A stretch of 64,000 nucleotides of DNA from Methyloversatilis sp. (GCA_017984755.1 JAGNYW010000012.1:9942-73941); one strand, 5' to 3'; numbered from the stretch's first letter, positions 46,919-58,118 are shown. Notes: generated by a model from the letters alone, not told the origin. A program made the numbers and translations.

Positions 46919-48907
46919 TCACTGAACCACCGGTTTCGTCCCGGTCACGCGCGCCAGACGTTCCAGCAACACCGGCCAGTCTACGCGCCGATTGTAGCCA
47001 ACGACACTGAGTGCCGGCAGCCCGCCTCCTTCGATCAGCATGAATCCATCCCCCTTTTCCGCCAGCCCGTCCATTTCGCAGACACCGTTGCGCAGCCTGC
47101 ATGACAAGCCCATGCGTTTGTAGCCGAAACGTTCGAAGAAACCCAGAAAGCTTCTCTGAATCGCTGCAACAGCACCTGCTCCGCCCAGCGCGGTGATGCT
47201 TTCCACTGCGCTCTGGCTGATCGTTCGTGGATAGTCACCCGGACTCGAACGTATGCGGGCGTCGAATGAAACAGGCGCCCAGCGCGACAACTCAAGCGCT
47301 TCAACATCTCCGTCAATGCGACCTGTGATGCGCCCGAACTGAAAGGTCTCGGTCATTGCATCAAGGTCGATGTAACGCATCTGAAGGTCTGCAAGCACAC
47401 GCGGCGTCGCACCGAAGGGTTCGATCACCTGCAACCCGTTGGCCGCAACATAGCCATCGAACACCTGTATCAGCATCTGACCATCAAGCGAGAGCACACC
47501 ATCAAGCCAGCGCACGCGCGGCACGCTTGCACCCAGACTGCCCGTCATGCGCGGCCAGCCAAGCGCGGCCGTCAATTCGGGCATCGACACCGGCTCGAGG
47601 TCGGCCGACATGTCGCCGTTCCAGCGGCCATCCGCACGATCGAAGCGCAGCGCATTTAGGCGCAGTCCTGCATCCAGCAACGGGATTCGAACGGGCTGCA
47701 CCGCAACGTGGTCCGGCGCAACCTCGGCATGCATCTCGAACGGACCCAACGGCACACGCCCGAAGCGCCCCTGCTCTGCTGCGAGCGTCATGTCGGTCGC
47801 CGCATCGCGCAGCCAGGGCAGATCGGCATTGATTCCCGAGAGCAAAAACCGCCCGGCCGCATCGGCCACCTCGGCGTCGTGCAGGCGCACCGCCGCGCTG
47901 CGCATTCCAAGCTGATCAATCAGCGCACTCAGATCTGCCCGCCCGGTCATGGCAAACGTCGGCCAGCCGCGCGCAGCAAGAAGGGGAGCGATGAAGCGCT
48001 CATTGAGCGCCTGCAGGTCGAAAGCGCGTCCCTGAACTTCAGCCGAGCGAAGCGCAAGCGGTGCGCGACCGAAGCGCGCATTGCCGGTCAGGCGCCCGAC
48101 ATCGGCAAGATCAAGCATCACATCCGACAACTCAACCGCCTTGTCCGAAAGTACGAAACCAGACGAAAGAACGCTGCCGCCTCCGGCGAGGTAGAGGCTG
48201 TCCCACAGCAACTCGCCACCCCGCCAGTCAATCTGCAACCGGCCAGCCCAGTCCGTGCCGGCGCGATGAACGTCCAGATTGAGTGTGCCACGCAGCGCAT
48301 CGGCCGCCCGGAGACCGTCTGCGGATCCGAATGCTCCGCCGGACAGCGCGACCGTCATGTGGAAGTGCGGCGTTCGCGCAGCGCCGATCTGCGTCAGTTC
48401 TGCCGTGATGTTGACGCGGCCGGCCGGTGCATAAGGCTTCAGCGCCGCCTCGTCGCCGAGCAGTCGGCCCAGGTCGAGACCGGACGATTCAAGCTTGATG
48501 TGAGGCTGTCGGCCAGCCAGCTTGCCGGCAAGGTCGACGCGCACATCACGATCGATGTGCAGCGTGGCATTCAGCTCGCGCTGCGCTCCGGCAATCGCGA
48601 ATTCGACTCGCCACGGACCCATGCCACGCGCCCGCAGCACACCGCCCCGGCACCGCATCTGCGGAGTGACCGCGAAGTCCGCGCAATCAAGGCGCACGTC
48701 GTGCAGCATGCGCCCACCGAAATTCGCGCGAGTGGCCTCGATACGGGCCGGACCAGTGCTCAGTGACGATGCACTGATGCTTACATCGTCGAGCGTCAGT
48801 TGAGGAGCGGACACGGCCTGGAACCGAAGCGTGATGGCAGCCGATGCTGGCAGCGACGCACAGGCGACGCACAGAACAAATAGCCAGCGTCCCGGATTTC
48901 GCCGCAA
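46919..48907 (-). CDS. ydbH: YdbH-like AsmA-family intermembrane protein
   Basis: Large beta-rich protein whose C-terminus YRLSCRLRNGVCEMDGL... is typical of YdbH/DUF748-like proteins, upstream of ynbE-ydbL. The start is proposed at TTG 48907 (RRNPGRWLFVLCVACASLPASA anchor), 4 nt after the cysM stop. The longer ORF would lie inside cysM. Confidence 0.6.
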   Translation of the reverse strand: MRRNPGRWLFVLCVACASLPASAAITLRFQAVSAPQLTLDDVSISASSLSTGPARIEATRANFGGRMLHDVRLDCADFAVTPQMRCRGGVLRARGMGPWRVEFAIAGAQRELNATLHIDRDVRVDLAGKLAGRQPHIKLESSGLDLGRLLGDEAALKPYAPAGRVNITAELTQIGAARTPHFHMTVALSGGAFGSADGLRAADALRGTLNLDVHRAGTDWAGRLQIDWRGGELLWDSLYLAGGGSVLSSGFVLSDKAVELSDVMLDLADVGRLTGNARFGRAPLALRSAEVQGRAFDLQALNERFIAPLLAARGWPTFAMTGRADLSALIDQLGMRSAAVRLHDAEVADAAGRFLLSGINADLPWLRDAATDMTLAAEQGRFGRVPLGPFEMHAEVAPDHVAVQPVRIPLLDAGLRLNALRFDRADGRWNGDMSADLEPVSMPELTAALGWPRMTGSLGASVPRVRWLDGVLSLDGQMLIQVFDGYVAANGLQVIEPFGATPRVLADLQMRYIDLDAMTETFQFGRITGRIDGDVEALELSRWAPVSFDARIRSSPGDYPRTISQSAVESITALGGAGAVAAIQRSFLGFFERFGYKRMGLSCRLRNGVCEMDGLAEKGDGFMLIEGGGLPALSVVGYNRRVDWPVLLERLARVTGTKPVVQ

Positions 48908-48911
48908 CGGG

Positions 48912-49814
48912 TCAGGACGGGAACACACCCGTCGACAGGTATCGGTCGCCGCGATCGCAGACGATGCTGACGATGGTCGCATTCTCGACTTCAGCCGCAA
49001 TGCGCAGGGCAACCACGAGTGCCCCGCCGGAACTGATGCCGGCACAGATGCCTTCTTCACTCGCGAGGCGGCGCGTCATGTCCTCTGCTGCTGCCTGACC
49101 CACGTATTCGATGCGATCGACGCGCTTGCCGTCGTATATCTTCGGCAGATAGGCCTCGGGCCACTTCCGGATCCCGGGGATCTGCGAACCGTCTTCCGGC
49201 TGGCAGCCGATGATCCGAATCGCAGGATTCATCGACTTCAGATACGTGGAGGTACCCATGATAGTGCCGGTGGTGCCCATCGAGCTGACGAAGTGCGTGA
49301 CTTCACCGCCGGTGTCGCGCCAGATCTCAGGCCCCGTACCTTCGATGTGTGCGCGCGGATTATCGGGGTTGGCGAACTGGTCGAGGATGATGCCGCGGCC
49401 CTCGTCGCGCAACTTCTCCGCAACATCGCGTGCCAGTTCCATGCTTCCTGCCTTGCTGGTCAGCACCAGTTCGGCGCCATAAGCCGCCATGCTCTGGCGC
49501 CGCTCGATGCTCTGGTTTTCAGGCATCACCAGAATCATCCGGTAGCCGCGCATGGCGGCCACCATCGCCAGCGCAATGCCGGTGTTTCCGCTGGTCGCCT
49601 CGATCAGCGTGTCACCAGGCTTGATGTCGCCCCGTTCTTCGGCGCGGCGGATCATCGACAACGCGGGACGGTCCTTGACTGATCCGGCCGGATTGTTGCC
49701 CTCCAGCTTCGCAAGGATGACGTTGTCGCGCCGCCCGTTGTCATAGCCAGGAATGCGCTGCAGCCGCACCAGTGGTGTATTGCCGACGAAGTCTTCGAGT
49801 GTCTTGTATTTCAT
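48912..49814 (-). CDS. cysM: cysteine synthase B
   Basis: LEDFVGNTPLVRLQRI...LEGNNPAGSVKDRPALSMI...EATSGNTGIALAM contains the PLP lysine motif. 300 aa. Confidence 0.85.
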   Translation of the reverse strand: MKYKTLEDFVGNTPLVRLQRIPGYDNGRRDNVILAKLEGNNPAGSVKDRPALSMIRRAEERGDIKPGDTLIEATSGNTGIALAMVAAMRGYRMILVMPENQSIERRQSMAAYGAELVLTSKAGSMELARDVAEKLRDEGRGIILDQFANPDNPRAHIEGTGPEIWRDTGGEVTHFVSSMGTTGTIMGTSTYLKSMNPAIRIIGCQPEDGSQIPGIRKWPEAYLPKIYDGKRVDRIEYVGQAAAEDMTRRLASEEGICAGISSGGALVVALRIAAEVENATIVSIVCDRGDRYLSTGVFPS

Positions 49815-49839
49815 GGCGAACCTGATGTGCTCCGGATGT

Positions 49840-50532
49840 TCAGCGCGAGCCGGCGGGTTTGGGCAGAGCTCCCGCCGGTTTCGGTGCTGACGCCGACGGG
49901 AATTCAGACGAAGCAGCCTGCGCCGGCGCCGGCGGGCCGCCGGCGGGTCTGGGCGGCGCTCCGGCCGGGCTTGGCGCTGTCGGGGCCGGTGCTACCGGCG
50001 CTTGAGCAGGAGCGCTTGCAGCGGGACGCGGCGGCGCAGATTTCGAAACGGATGCAGGAGCGGCAATCGGGGCAGACTCCGGCTCGGCTGCCCCGTCGGC
50101 GGAGGGTGAAGAAGCCGGTCCCAAGGGTCGCGTCGGCACCGGCGCACTGCGGCGGCGCATGATCACGAACGCAACGACCGCCACGACCACGCCGGCAATC
50201 AGCATCCACCAGGGAAAGCCCGATGATGCCGTACCCCCGGACCCGACCGGCGCCGACGGGGTCTGAGCAGCCGCACCACGCGAACCTGCAGTCAGCAGCG
50301 GCTTGAGTTCGGCAAGGGTCTTTTCACCGATGCCCTTGACCTTGCCCAGATCATCGACCGATGCGAAATCGCCGTGGGTACGCCGGTATTCGATGATGGC
50401 CTGAGCGCGGCTCGGTCCGACCCCCGGCAGCGCATCAAGCTCGGCTTCGGTGGCTGTGTTCAGGTCAAGCGCAGCGATAGCGAACGGCGACGCGAAGGAG
50501 AGCAGCAGGACGCAGATCAGGTGACGCATCAT
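49840..50532 (-). CDS. comEA: ComEA-family helix-hairpin-helix DNA-binding protein with an extra TM helix and Pro/Ala-rich tail
   Basis: A signal peptide is followed by LDLNTATEAELDALPGVGPSRAQAIIEYRRTHGDFASVDDLGKVKGIGEKTLAEL (HhH). Then come FPWWMLIAGVVVAVVAFVIMRRR and a roughly 95-aa P/A/S-rich tail. Confidence 0.75.
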   Translation of the reverse strand: MMRHLICVLLLSFASPFAIAALDLNTATEAELDALPGVGPSRAQAIIEYRRTHGDFASVDDLGKVKGIGEKTLAELKPLLTAGSRGAAAQTPSAPVGSGGTASSGFPWWMLIAGVVVAVVAFVIMRRRSAPVPTRPLGPASSPSADGAAEPESAPIAAPASVSKSAPPRPAASAPAQAPVAPAPTAPSPAGAPPRPAGGPPAPAQAASSEFPSASAPKPAGALPKPAGSR

Positions 50533-50579
50533 GGCAATGGGCACTCCGTGGCTCGATTTGAAGGGAAGGCTGGAAGTAA

Positions 50580-51530
50580 TCAGGCCGAAGCGTGGCGAAC
50601 ATCGGCGGCCAGTTCTTCAAGCGAGCATACCGCAGTGCCAAGCTTGCCGACGACGATGCCGGCTGCACGATTCGCCAGACGCATGGCATCGACCAGGGAT
50701 GCTCCGGCAGCCAGCATGACCGCCATGGTCGCAATGACCGTGTCGCCGGCGCCACTGACATCGTAGACTTCACGCGCCAGCGCCGGTTCGTTCACCACAC
50801 CCTGCTCGTTGTACAGACTCATGCCCGCATCGGAACGGGTGAGCAGCAGCGCGCCCAAACCCAGCTCCTCGCGCAACGCGCGGGCGCGCCGCGCCAGATC
50901 CTCGTCATCGATCCAGCGCCCGACCACTTCCCGCAACTCGTTGCGATTCGGTTTGAGCAGGGTCGCTCCTGCGTATCGCGAATAGTCGTCGCCCTTCGGG
51001 TCAACCAGCACCGGGCGCCCCGCCGCGCGCGCGATCTCCATCATTTCACGGATGTTCGACAACGCCCCCTTGCCGTAGTCGGACAGCACGACGACATCTG
51101 CGTCGCTGACCCGGCGGGTGAATTCATCGAGCTTCGCGCGCAGGACTTCATGCGTCGGCAGATTTTCGAAGTCGATGCGCAGCAGTTGCTGCTGGCGTGC
51201 AATCACGCGCAGCTTGATCGTGGTGGACAACTGCACATCTTCATGCAGGCTGGCATCGATTCCGGCCGCCTGCATCTGGGCACGCAGGGTACGTCCGGCA
51301 TCGTCATCTCCCACCACCGACAACAGACTGACGTGCGCACCGAGAGCAGCGCAGTTGCGGGCCACGTTGGCCGCGCCACCGGGTCGTTCTTCAACACGCT
51401 CTATCTTCGCGACCGGAACCGGCGCTTCCGGCGAAATGCGCTGTACGTCGCCAAACCAGTAGCGGTCCAGCATCACATCACCCGCCACGAGAATGTGGAC
51501 CTTGCAGGTTTCAGGCAGCGACAGGGTCAT
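50580..51530 (-). CDS. hldA: D-glycero-beta-D-manno-heptose-7-phosphate kinase (RfaE domain I only)
   Basis: ILVAGDVMLDRYWFGDVQRISPEAPVPV...PGGAANVARN...DVSGAGDTVIATMA is a PfkB-type kinase. At 316 aa it has no adenylyltransferase domain. Confidence 0.85.
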   Translation of the reverse strand: MTLSLPETCKVHILVAGDVMLDRYWFGDVQRISPEAPVPVAKIERVEERPGGAANVARNCAALGAHVSLLSVVGDDDAGRTLRAQMQAAGIDASLHEDVQLSTTIKLRVIARQQQLLRIDFENLPTHEVLRAKLDEFTRRVSDADVVVLSDYGKGALSNIREMMEIARAAGRPVLVDPKGDDYSRYAGATLLKPNRNELREVVGRWIDDEDLARRARALREELGLGALLLTRSDAGMSLYNEQGVVNEPALAREVYDVSGAGDTVIATMAVMLAAGASLVDAMRLANRAAGIVVGKLGTAVCSLEELAADVRHASA

Positions 51531-51556
51531 GTGTGAGGGCCGTCCGGTGCGTTCGA

Positions 51557-52732
51557 TCAGGGCGCAAGGTCAAACTCTTCGGTGCGCTTGGGCGGATAGG
51601 TTTCCCAGCCGCCGCAGGCAGGGCAGCGCCAGTGGAACTGACGCGCCTTGAAGCCACAGGTGTCGCAGCGGTAGCGTGCGACACGCCTCGTGTGCGCATG
51701 AATGATGTCCTTCATCAGGTCCGAATCGGTGCGCGCCTCCGGCGGCAGGGTCTGCAGCTGCGCATCGAGGAGCTTGTCCAGACCGAGCAGCGTCGGATTG
51801 CGGCGCAGCTCTTCCCTGACCAGCCCGAGCGCTCCTGCCGGCCCTTCGGTATCGAGTTCTTCCTTGAACACGACGTCGAGCAGATCGAGCGACGTGTGAC
51901 GTTCGAGATAGCTCTTCAACAGCGTGATGCCCTGCCGCTCGCGCCCGAGCTTGCGGTAAGCATCGGCCAGACGTGCGGCGATCAGTGCCAGATAGACAGG
52001 ATTCTGCTGTTCGACGCGTTGCCACTGTTCGATTGCCAGTTCCCACTGCTGGTCGGCTGCATACGTATCGCCGAGCAGCATCTGCGCACGCACGCACTTG
52101 CGATGCGTGGCAAGCGCATCGGCCAGCAGCGGACGGGCGTCGGCCAGACGCGACTGAGCAAGCGCCTGCGTTGCAAGCTCGCACAGGAACTGAGCGATGT
52201 CCTTCTGTGCCAGATGCGAATCGCTTGTAGGCAAGGCTCGCGCGATCTCGATCGCCTTGGCCCACTCCTTTTCCTGCTGGTAGATGTCCAGCAGATGGTG
52301 CAGTGCGGACGTATCCAGCGCCGTGTTGCGCAGACCGATGAATACGTCTTCGGCACGGTCGAGCAGGCCCGCCTTCAGGTAGTCAAGCCCCAGCTCCAGT
52401 CGTGCATCCAGGCGCAGTTCGGGTCTGATGTCCTCGCGCTTGGCGAGCGTCTGGTGAATCTGGATGGCACGATCGGTTTCGCCTCGACGACGGAACAGGT
52501 TGCCGAGTGCAAACTGAAGTTCGGTGGTCTGCGGATCGCTGCGCGTCGCTTCGATGAAGGACTCTATGGCGCGATCCGGTTGTTCGTTCAGCAGGAAATT
52601 CAGACCGGCGAAGTAGGAACGCGGCAGCGCGCGCGACTCGCGTACCACATGACGGATGTCGATGCGCGCGGCAAGCCAGCCCAGTCCGAAGAAGAGCGGC
52701 AGCGCGAGGAGCCACCAGAGTTCTATTTCCAT
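51557..52732 (-). CDS. lapB: LPS assembly protein LapB (YciM)
   Basis: An N-terminal TM helix, TPR repeats, and a C-terminal rubredoxin-like RYRCDTCGFKARQFHWRCPACGGWETYPP. Confidence 0.9.
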   Translation of the reverse strand: MEIELWWLLALPLFFGLGWLAARIDIRHVVRESRALPRSYFAGLNFLLNEQPDRAIESFIEATRSDPQTTELQFALGNLFRRRGETDRAIQIHQTLAKREDIRPELRLDARLELGLDYLKAGLLDRAEDVFIGLRNTALDTSALHHLLDIYQQEKEWAKAIEIARALPTSDSHLAQKDIAQFLCELATQALAQSRLADARPLLADALATHRKCVRAQMLLGDTYAADQQWELAIEQWQRVEQQNPVYLALIAARLADAYRKLGRERQGITLLKSYLERHTSLDLLDVVFKEELDTEGPAGALGLVREELRRNPTLLGLDKLLDAQLQTLPPEARTDSDLMKDIIHAHTRRVARYRCDTCGFKARQFHWRCPACGGWETYPPKRTEEFDLAP

Positions 52733-52750
52733 GATCAGAGAGGGCGCCGC

Positions 52751-52996
52751 TCAGTCAGCTGCAGGATTCTGGATCGACGAAGACGCCGCGCGCTTGCCGC
52801 GATGTGCGAACGACCAGCCCGCCAGTGCACCCAGCATGGCCCCCAGGCAGAAAAGCAGCAGAAGCAGCGCGGACAATTCAATGCGCCACTCGTTACCGAA
52901 AAACCATCGGACGGTGACGAAGTCGCTGTTGCGGGCGGCCAGGCCCAGCAACAGCAGAAAGACGACGATGCGCAGAAGCCAGCTCAGGACGGCCAT
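52751..52996 (-). CDS. lapA: LapA (YciS)-like inner-membrane protein
   Basis: 81 aa with two TM helices (LRIVVFLLLLGLAA..., LLLLLFCLGAMLGALAGW), immediately upstream of lapB. The start is set at MAVLSW. Confidence 0.7.
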   Translation of the reverse strand: MAVLSWLLRIVVFLLLLGLAARNSDFVTVRWFFGNEWRIELSALLLLLFCLGAMLGALAGWSFAHRGKRAASSSIQNPAAD

Positions 52997-53006
52997 GGGA
53001 ATCGAC

Positions 53007-53312
53007 TCAGGCCTTCTCATTCTCGGAAGCCAGCGCCTGATCGACGCGCTCGCGCAGTTCCTTGCCAGCCTTGAAGTGCGGGACACGCTTTTCCGGAACC
53101 ATCACCTTTTCACCCGACTTCGGATTGCGTCCGACACGCGGCGGCCGGTGATTCAGCGAAAAACTGCCGAAGCCACGTATTTCAATGCGATCACCGCGTG
53201 CCAGCGAGGTGGTCATTTCATCCAGGATCATCTTGACTGCGTAATCGGCATCCTTCGCAACCAGTTGCGGAAAGCGGTTTGCAAGCCGGGTAATCAGTTC
53301 GGATTTGGTCAT
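53007..53312 (-). CDS. ihfB: integration host factor beta subunit
   Basis: [17 protein letters not shown]...[28 protein letters not shown]. Confidence 0.95.
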   Translation of the reverse strand: MTKSELITRLANRFPQLVAKDADYAVKMILDEMTTSLARGDRIEIRGFGSFSLNHRPPRVGRNPKSGEKVMVPEKRVPHFKAGKELRERVDQALASENEKA

Positions 53313-53355
53313 GACGGATCCGTTGAGCTATTGCAGGTTCAGCAGCGGTGACAAG

Positions 53356-53383
53356 ACAACGCCGCCCGCAGGCGGCGTTGTCA
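53356..53383 (-). terminator. 12-bp stem-loop between rpsA and ihfB (no clear U-tract)
   Basis: GACAACGCCGCC-(4 nt loop)-GGCGGCGTTGTC, 25 nt after the rpsA stop. It may be a partial terminator or a processing site. Confidence 0.4.
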
Positions 53384-53407
53384 CGTACTCCGTCCCGCCA
53401 GCAGCGG

Positions 53408-55126
53408 TCAGGAGGGATTCTTGAGCTTGGCCTTGAGCAGCGCGCCAAGATTGGTCGTACCGCTGCTTGCCGACGAACCTTCCGACTGGATCTTCTGGAT
53501 CACGTCGTTCTGGTCCGCCTGATCCTTTGCACGCACGGACAGCGTGATCGAACGGGTCTTGCGGTCGAGATTGACGATCATCGCCTCGACTTCGTCGCCG
53601 ACGTTCATGATCGTGGTCAGGTCTTCGACGCGGTCACGCGAAGCTTCCGATGCGCGCAGATAACCTTCGACATCTTCATTCAGCGCGATGACTGCACCCT
53701 TGGCATCCAGCGACTTGACCGTTCCGCGCACGACGCTGTTCTTGTCATGCGTGGCGATGAAGTTGGTGAAGGGGTCCCCATCCATCTGCTTCACGCCAAG
53801 CGAAATGCGCTCGCGCTCTACATCGATGGACAGCACGACTGCCTCGACTTCGTCGCCCTTCTTGTAGTTGCGGACGGCTTCCTCGCCGGTCAGCGACCAC
53901 GACAGGTCGGACAGATGCACCAGACCGTCGATAGCGCCGGTCAGGCCGATGAACACGCCGAAGTCTGTGATCGACTTGATCTGGCCGCGGACCTTGTCGC
54001 CCTTCTTGTGGTTCATCGAGAAGTCTTCCCACGGATTGGCCTGGCACTGCTTCATGCCCAGCGAGATCCGGCGGCGGTCTTCGTCGATTTCGAGAATCAT
54101 CACTTCGACTTCGTCGCCCAACTGGACAACCTTGGTCGGGTGAATGTTCTTGTTGGTCCAGTCCATTTCCGACACGTGAACCAGGCCCTCAATGCCCTGC
54201 TCGATTTCGACGAATGCGCCGTAGTCGGTCAGATTGGTCACCTTGCCAAACAGGCGGGTGCCCTGCGGATAGCGGCGCGAGATGCCCACCCACGGATCTT
54301 CGCCCAGCTGCTTGAGGCCGAGCGATACGCGATTCTTCTCGGCATCGAACTTGAGGACCTTCGCTTCGACTTCGTCACCGACAGCCAGCACTTCCGACGG
54401 GTGACGCACGCGACGCCAGGCCAGATCGGTAATGTGCAGCAGACCATCGATGCCGCCGAGGTCGACGAATGCGCCGTAGTCGGTGATGTTCTTGACGATG
54501 CCCTTGACGATCGTGCCTTCCTTCAGGTTCTCGAGCAGCTTTTCGCGCTCTTCGCCTGCAGTCAGTTCGAGCACTGCGCGACGCGAAACAACCACGTTGT
54601 TGCGCTTGCGGTCGAGCTTGATGACCTTGAATTCGAATTCCTTGTTTTCGTACGGAGCCGTGTCCTTGACCGGACGCAGATCGACCAGCGAACCCGGCAG
54701 GAATGCGCGGATGCCATTGGTCATGACGGTAAGGCCACCCTTCACCTTGCCGGATACCAGACCCTTGACAATGGTGCCGTCATTGAGAGCCTTCTCGAGT
54801 TCGTTCCACGCGGCGATGCGCTTGGCCTTGTCGCGGGACAGCCGGGTTTCACCGTAGCCGTCTTCGAGCATCTCGATGGCAACGCTCACATAGTCGCCCG
54901 GAGCGACCGTCAGTTCGCCACGATCGGTGCGGAACTCTTCAATTGCGATGTAACTTTCCGACTTCAGGCCTGCATTCACGACAACGAAATTGTTGTCGAC
55001 ACGCATGACTTCGGCGGTGATGACCTCACCTGCGCGCATTTCCTGGCGCTGGAGGCTTTCCTCGAACAACGCAGCAAAACTTTCCATGGACGGCATGGAA
55101 TCTGACGACTGGGCAACTTGGGACAT
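53408..55126 (-). CDS. rpsA: 30S ribosomal protein S1
   Basis: [11 protein letters not shown]... followed by six S1 repeats. The start is ambiguous (ATG at 55126, 55096 or 55087; TTG at 55150) and no strong SD is visible. Confidence 0.9.
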   Translation of the reverse strand: MSQVAQSSDSMPSMESFAALFEESLQRQEMRAGEVITAEVMRVDNNFVVVNAGLKSESYIAIEEFRTDRGELTVAPGDYVSVAIEMLEDGYGETRLSRDKAKRIAAWNELEKALNDGTIVKGLVSGKVKGGLTVMTNGIRAFLPGSLVDLRPVKDTAPYENKEFEFKVIKLDRKRNNVVVSRRAVLELTAGEEREKLLENLKEGTIVKGIVKNITDYGAFVDLGGIDGLLHITDLAWRRVRHPSEVLAVGDEVEAKVLKFDAEKNRVSLGLKQLGEDPWVGISRRYPQGTRLFGKVTNLTDYGAFVEIEQGIEGLVHVSEMDWTNKNIHPTKVVQLGDEVEVMILEIDEDRRRISLGMKQCQANPWEDFSMNHKKGDKVRGQIKSITDFGVFIGLTGAIDGLVHLSDLSWSLTGEEAVRNYKKGDEVEAVVLSIDVERERISLGVKQMDGDPFTNFIATHDKNSVVRGTVKSLDAKGAVIALNEDVEGYLRASEASRDRVEDLTTIMNVGDEVEAMIVNLDRKTRSITLSVRAKDQADQNDVIQKIQSEGSSASSGTTNLGALLKAKLKNPS

Positions 55127-55247
55127 TGGCAAAAGCCGCTTTCGCGGCAACGGGTTAGGTATGGAAAAAAGCGACAGGCAACTTACTCACCTGCCGCGCT
55201 TCGGGCGGCTGACGAAGATCCAGGTGCTGAAATGACGGCTCTTCGGG

Positions 55248-55910
55248 CTACCCCGCCTTCACGTTCTCCCACGCATCCAGAACAAACCGGACGGCGGCAT
55301 CCGCGGACATCGAACTGGTATCGAGCAACAACGCGTCTGCAACCTGCACCAGCGGTGCATTTGCTCGTTTCATGTCGCGCTCGTCCCGGTCACGCAGATC
55401 TTGCGAAAGACTTTCTAGATTAGCAGAAACACCTTTGTCCATCAACTGCTTATAGCGTCGAAGCGCCCGCACTTCGACGCTCGCGGTCAGAAATACCTTG
55501 AGAGCCGCATCCGGAAATACAACGGACGCCATGTCGCGGCCATCGGCAACCAGCCCGGGCGGATGCCTGAAGGCGCGCTGACGCGCCAGCAGCGCACTGC
55601 GCACCCCTTCGAACACGGCAACTTTCGACGCCCCGACCGACGCCGCCTCGCTGCGCATCGCATCCGACACCTCGTCAGCGGCCAACCATACCTGACCGTC
55701 GCCGAAGCGCACATCCAGTGCGCTTGCAACCCGCCCGAGGGCCGTTTCGTCATCGAGCGGCACACCGGCACGCCGCGCAGCCAGCGCCGTCAGGCGATAC
55801 AGCGCTCCGCTGTCCAGCAGATGAAAGCCCAAAGCCGCTGCCACCCGCGCTGCGACCGTACCCTTGCCGGATGCGGACGGTCCGTCTATGGCGATGACCG
55901 GAACGCTCAC
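55248..55910 (-). CDS. cmk: cytidylate kinase
   Basis: [35 protein letters not shown]. The start is proposed at GTG 55910, overlapping the aroA stop (GTGA). Confidence 0.9.
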   Translation of the reverse strand: MSVPVIAIDGPSASGKGTVAARVAAALGFHLLDSGALYRLTALAARRAGVPLDDETALGRVASALDVRFGDGQVWLAADEVSDAMRSEAASVGASKVAVFEGVRSALLARQRAFRHPPGLVADGRDMASVVFPDAALKVFLTASVEVRALRRYKQLMDKGVSANLESLSQDLRDRDERDMKRANAPLVQVADALLLDTSSMSADAAVRFVLDAWENVKAG

Positions 55911-57202
55911 GCGGCAACCTCGGCCCAGCGGGTGAAATAGTCGGGGAAGGTCTTGGCGACGCAACCCGGGTCCATGATGCGGACCGGCACGCCGCCGAGC
56001 GTAGCCAGCGAGAAGCACATGGCCATGCGGTGGTCGTCGTAGGTGTCGATCGAAGCACCCGGCGTCAGTCTCTCGGGCGGAGCGATGACGAGATAGTCCG
56101 CGCCCTCCTCCACCGTCGCGCCGAGTTTGCGCAATTCGATCGCCATGGCCGAAATGCGATCGGTTTCCTTTACGCGCCAGCTGGCGATGTTTCGCAGTCG
56201 GCTCGGGCCGTCGGCAAACAGCGCGCAGATCGCCAGCGTCATGGCTGCATCCGGAATGTGATTCAGATCCAGATCGAATGCACGCAGACGACCGCCTGCC
56301 GGCGCCTGCGCCTCCATCCAGTTCGGGCCCATCAACACACGCGCACCCAGTTGTTCGAGCGCCTGTGCGAATGCCACGTCGCCCTGAACGGAATCCCGCC
56401 CGACACCATCGACCCGCACGGGACCGCCGCCGATGGCACCGGCCGCGAGGAAATAGGATGCCGACGACGCATCACCCTCGACAAAGCATTCGCCGGGCGA
56501 CATGTAACGCGCACCGGCCGGCAGGTTGATCGCCCGCCAGTCTTCGCGTTGCGCATGGACACCGAATTGCCGCATCAGCGCGAGCGTGATGTCCACATAG
56601 GGTTTCGAAATGAGTTCGCCATCGACTTCGACCCGCACTGCGCGACCGGTCAGCGGAAGTGCAATCAGCAGACCCGTCAGAAACTGGCTCGATACATCTC
56701 CGCGCACACGCACGACGGATGCGTCGCGGAGCTGCGGCGGATGGATGCGCAGGGGCGGGAAACCGGTCGTACCCTCGTAGTCGATGCACGCGCCGATCTG
56801 GCGCAGCGCATCGACCAGATCACCGATCGGGCGCTCGTGCATGCGTGGCACACCGTGCAGCCGATACTCGCCACCCATCAGGGCAAGCACGGCCGTCAGG
56901 GGCCTGAACGCCGTTCCGGCATTGCCCAGGAACAGATCGGCCTCGCGTACGGAAAATTGACCGCCAGTGCCGCTGACGCGGTAATCATCGCCACCTGCAT
57001 GCTGCCATGCGACCGAAAGCGTGCGCAGCGCATCAAGCATGCGATCGACGTCATCCGATGACAGCAGGTCATGCAGCAGCGTGTCGCCCTGCGCCAGTGC
57101 AGCCAGCAGCAGCACCCGGTTCGAAATGCTTTTCGAGCCGGGAAGACGCAGCGAGCCGCGTGCGGAGGAGGCAGGGGGAAGATCGAGGAAGTCTGTTTTC
57201 AT
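55907..57202 (-). CDS. aroA: 3-phosphoshikimate 1-carboxyvinyltransferase (EPSP synthase)
   Basis: [22 protein letters not shown]...[14 protein letters not shown]...RVKETDR. The start is set at MKTDFLDL. Confidence 0.95.
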   Translation of the reverse strand: MKTDFLDLPPASSARGSLRLPGSKSISNRVLLLAALAQGDTLLHDLLSSDDVDRMLDALRTLSVAWQHAGGDDYRVSGTGGQFSVREADLFLGNAGTAFRPLTAVLALMGGEYRLHGVPRMHERPIGDLVDALRQIGACIDYEGTTGFPPLRIHPPQLRDASVVRVRGDVSSQFLTGLLIALPLTGRAVRVEVDGELISKPYVDITLALMRQFGVHAQREDWRAINLPAGARYMSPGECFVEGDASSASYFLAAGAIGGGPVRVDGVGRDSVQGDVAFAQALEQLGARVLMGPNWMEAQAPAGGRLRAFDLDLNHIPDAAMTLAICALFADGPSRLRNIASWRVKETDRISAMAIELRKLGATVEEGADYLVIAPPERLTPGASIDTYDDHRMAMCFSLATLGGVPVRIMDPGCVAKTFPDYFTRWAEVAA

Positions 57203-57239
57203 CGTTGCACAAGGACGCACGGAGCGCCGTTGGTGAAGG

Positions 57240-58118
57240 TCAGCCCTGGCGTTGCTGCCAGGCAACACGTGCTTCGCGTGCAACATCGAGCACACGCTCG
57301 ATGCCGTCTGCGTCCGCCCGTTCAATCAGCGACCGATAGCGTGCGAGCTCCTGCTCGTAAGCGGACAGTTCAGCAAGCAACGCATCCCGATTGGCGAGAA
57401 AGATGTCGCGCCACATTTCCGGGTGACTCGCCGCGATGCGGGTGAAGTCGCGGAATCCTCCGCCGGCAAGATCGAAGATTTCCTCGGCATTGGGTCGGGC
57501 TGCGAGTTCGGACACGAGCGCGAACGACAGCAGATGCGGCAGATGGCTGACCGAAGCCAGCCAACGGTCATGATGTTCCGGCGACGTGGTCGACACCAGC
57601 GCACCACAGGCGACCCAGGCCGCACGAACCAGCGCGACCGATGCGTCGTGGTTCTCGGCCAGCGGAGTCAGCACTACGCGGCGCTTGTCGTAAAGATCTG
57701 CACGCGCCGCCTGCGGACCGCTCTTTTCGGCACCTGCGATCGGATGCCCCGGCACGAACTGGCCGATGCGCGAACCGAACTGCCGGCGCGCGGCAGCGAC
57801 CACATCAGACTTCGTGCTGCCGGCGTCGGTCACGATCGCACGCGGCGGAAGATGCGGCACCAGCTGCGCCATCACGTCATCCATCTGGCCGACCGGCATC
57901 GCGAGCAACACAAGATCGGCATCGTTCAGCGCCGTCGCCCAGTCGGTTTCGACACGATCAATGAGGCCAAGGGCCAGCGCATCGCGCTTGCTCTCGACGC
58001 TTCGTCCCATACCGACCACCTCGCCGACCTGACCAGCGCGCTTCAGCGCGGCAGCGAACGACCCGCCGATCAGACCGACACCGACGACCACGAGACGCCG
58101 GATCAACGGTGCGCTCAC
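57240..58118 (-). CDS. tyrA: prephenate/arogenate dehydrogenase
   Basis: [21 protein letters not shown] is a Rossmann fold; also present are ...[11 protein letters not shown]... and [11 protein letters not shown]. Confidence 0.9.
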   Translation of the reverse strand: MSAPLIRRLVVVGVGLIGGSFAAALKRAGQVGEVVGMGRSVESKRDALALGLIDRVETDWATALNDADLVLLAMPVGQMDDVMAQLVPHLPPRAIVTDAGSTKSDVVAAARRQFGSRIGQFVPGHPIAGAEKSGPQAARADLYDKRRVVLTPLAENHDASVALVRAAWVACGALVSTTSPEHHDRWLASVSHLPHLLSFALVSELAARPNAEEIFDLAGGGFRDFTRIAASHPEMWRDIFLANRDALLAELSAYEQELARYRSLIERADADGIERVLDVAREARVAWQQRQG

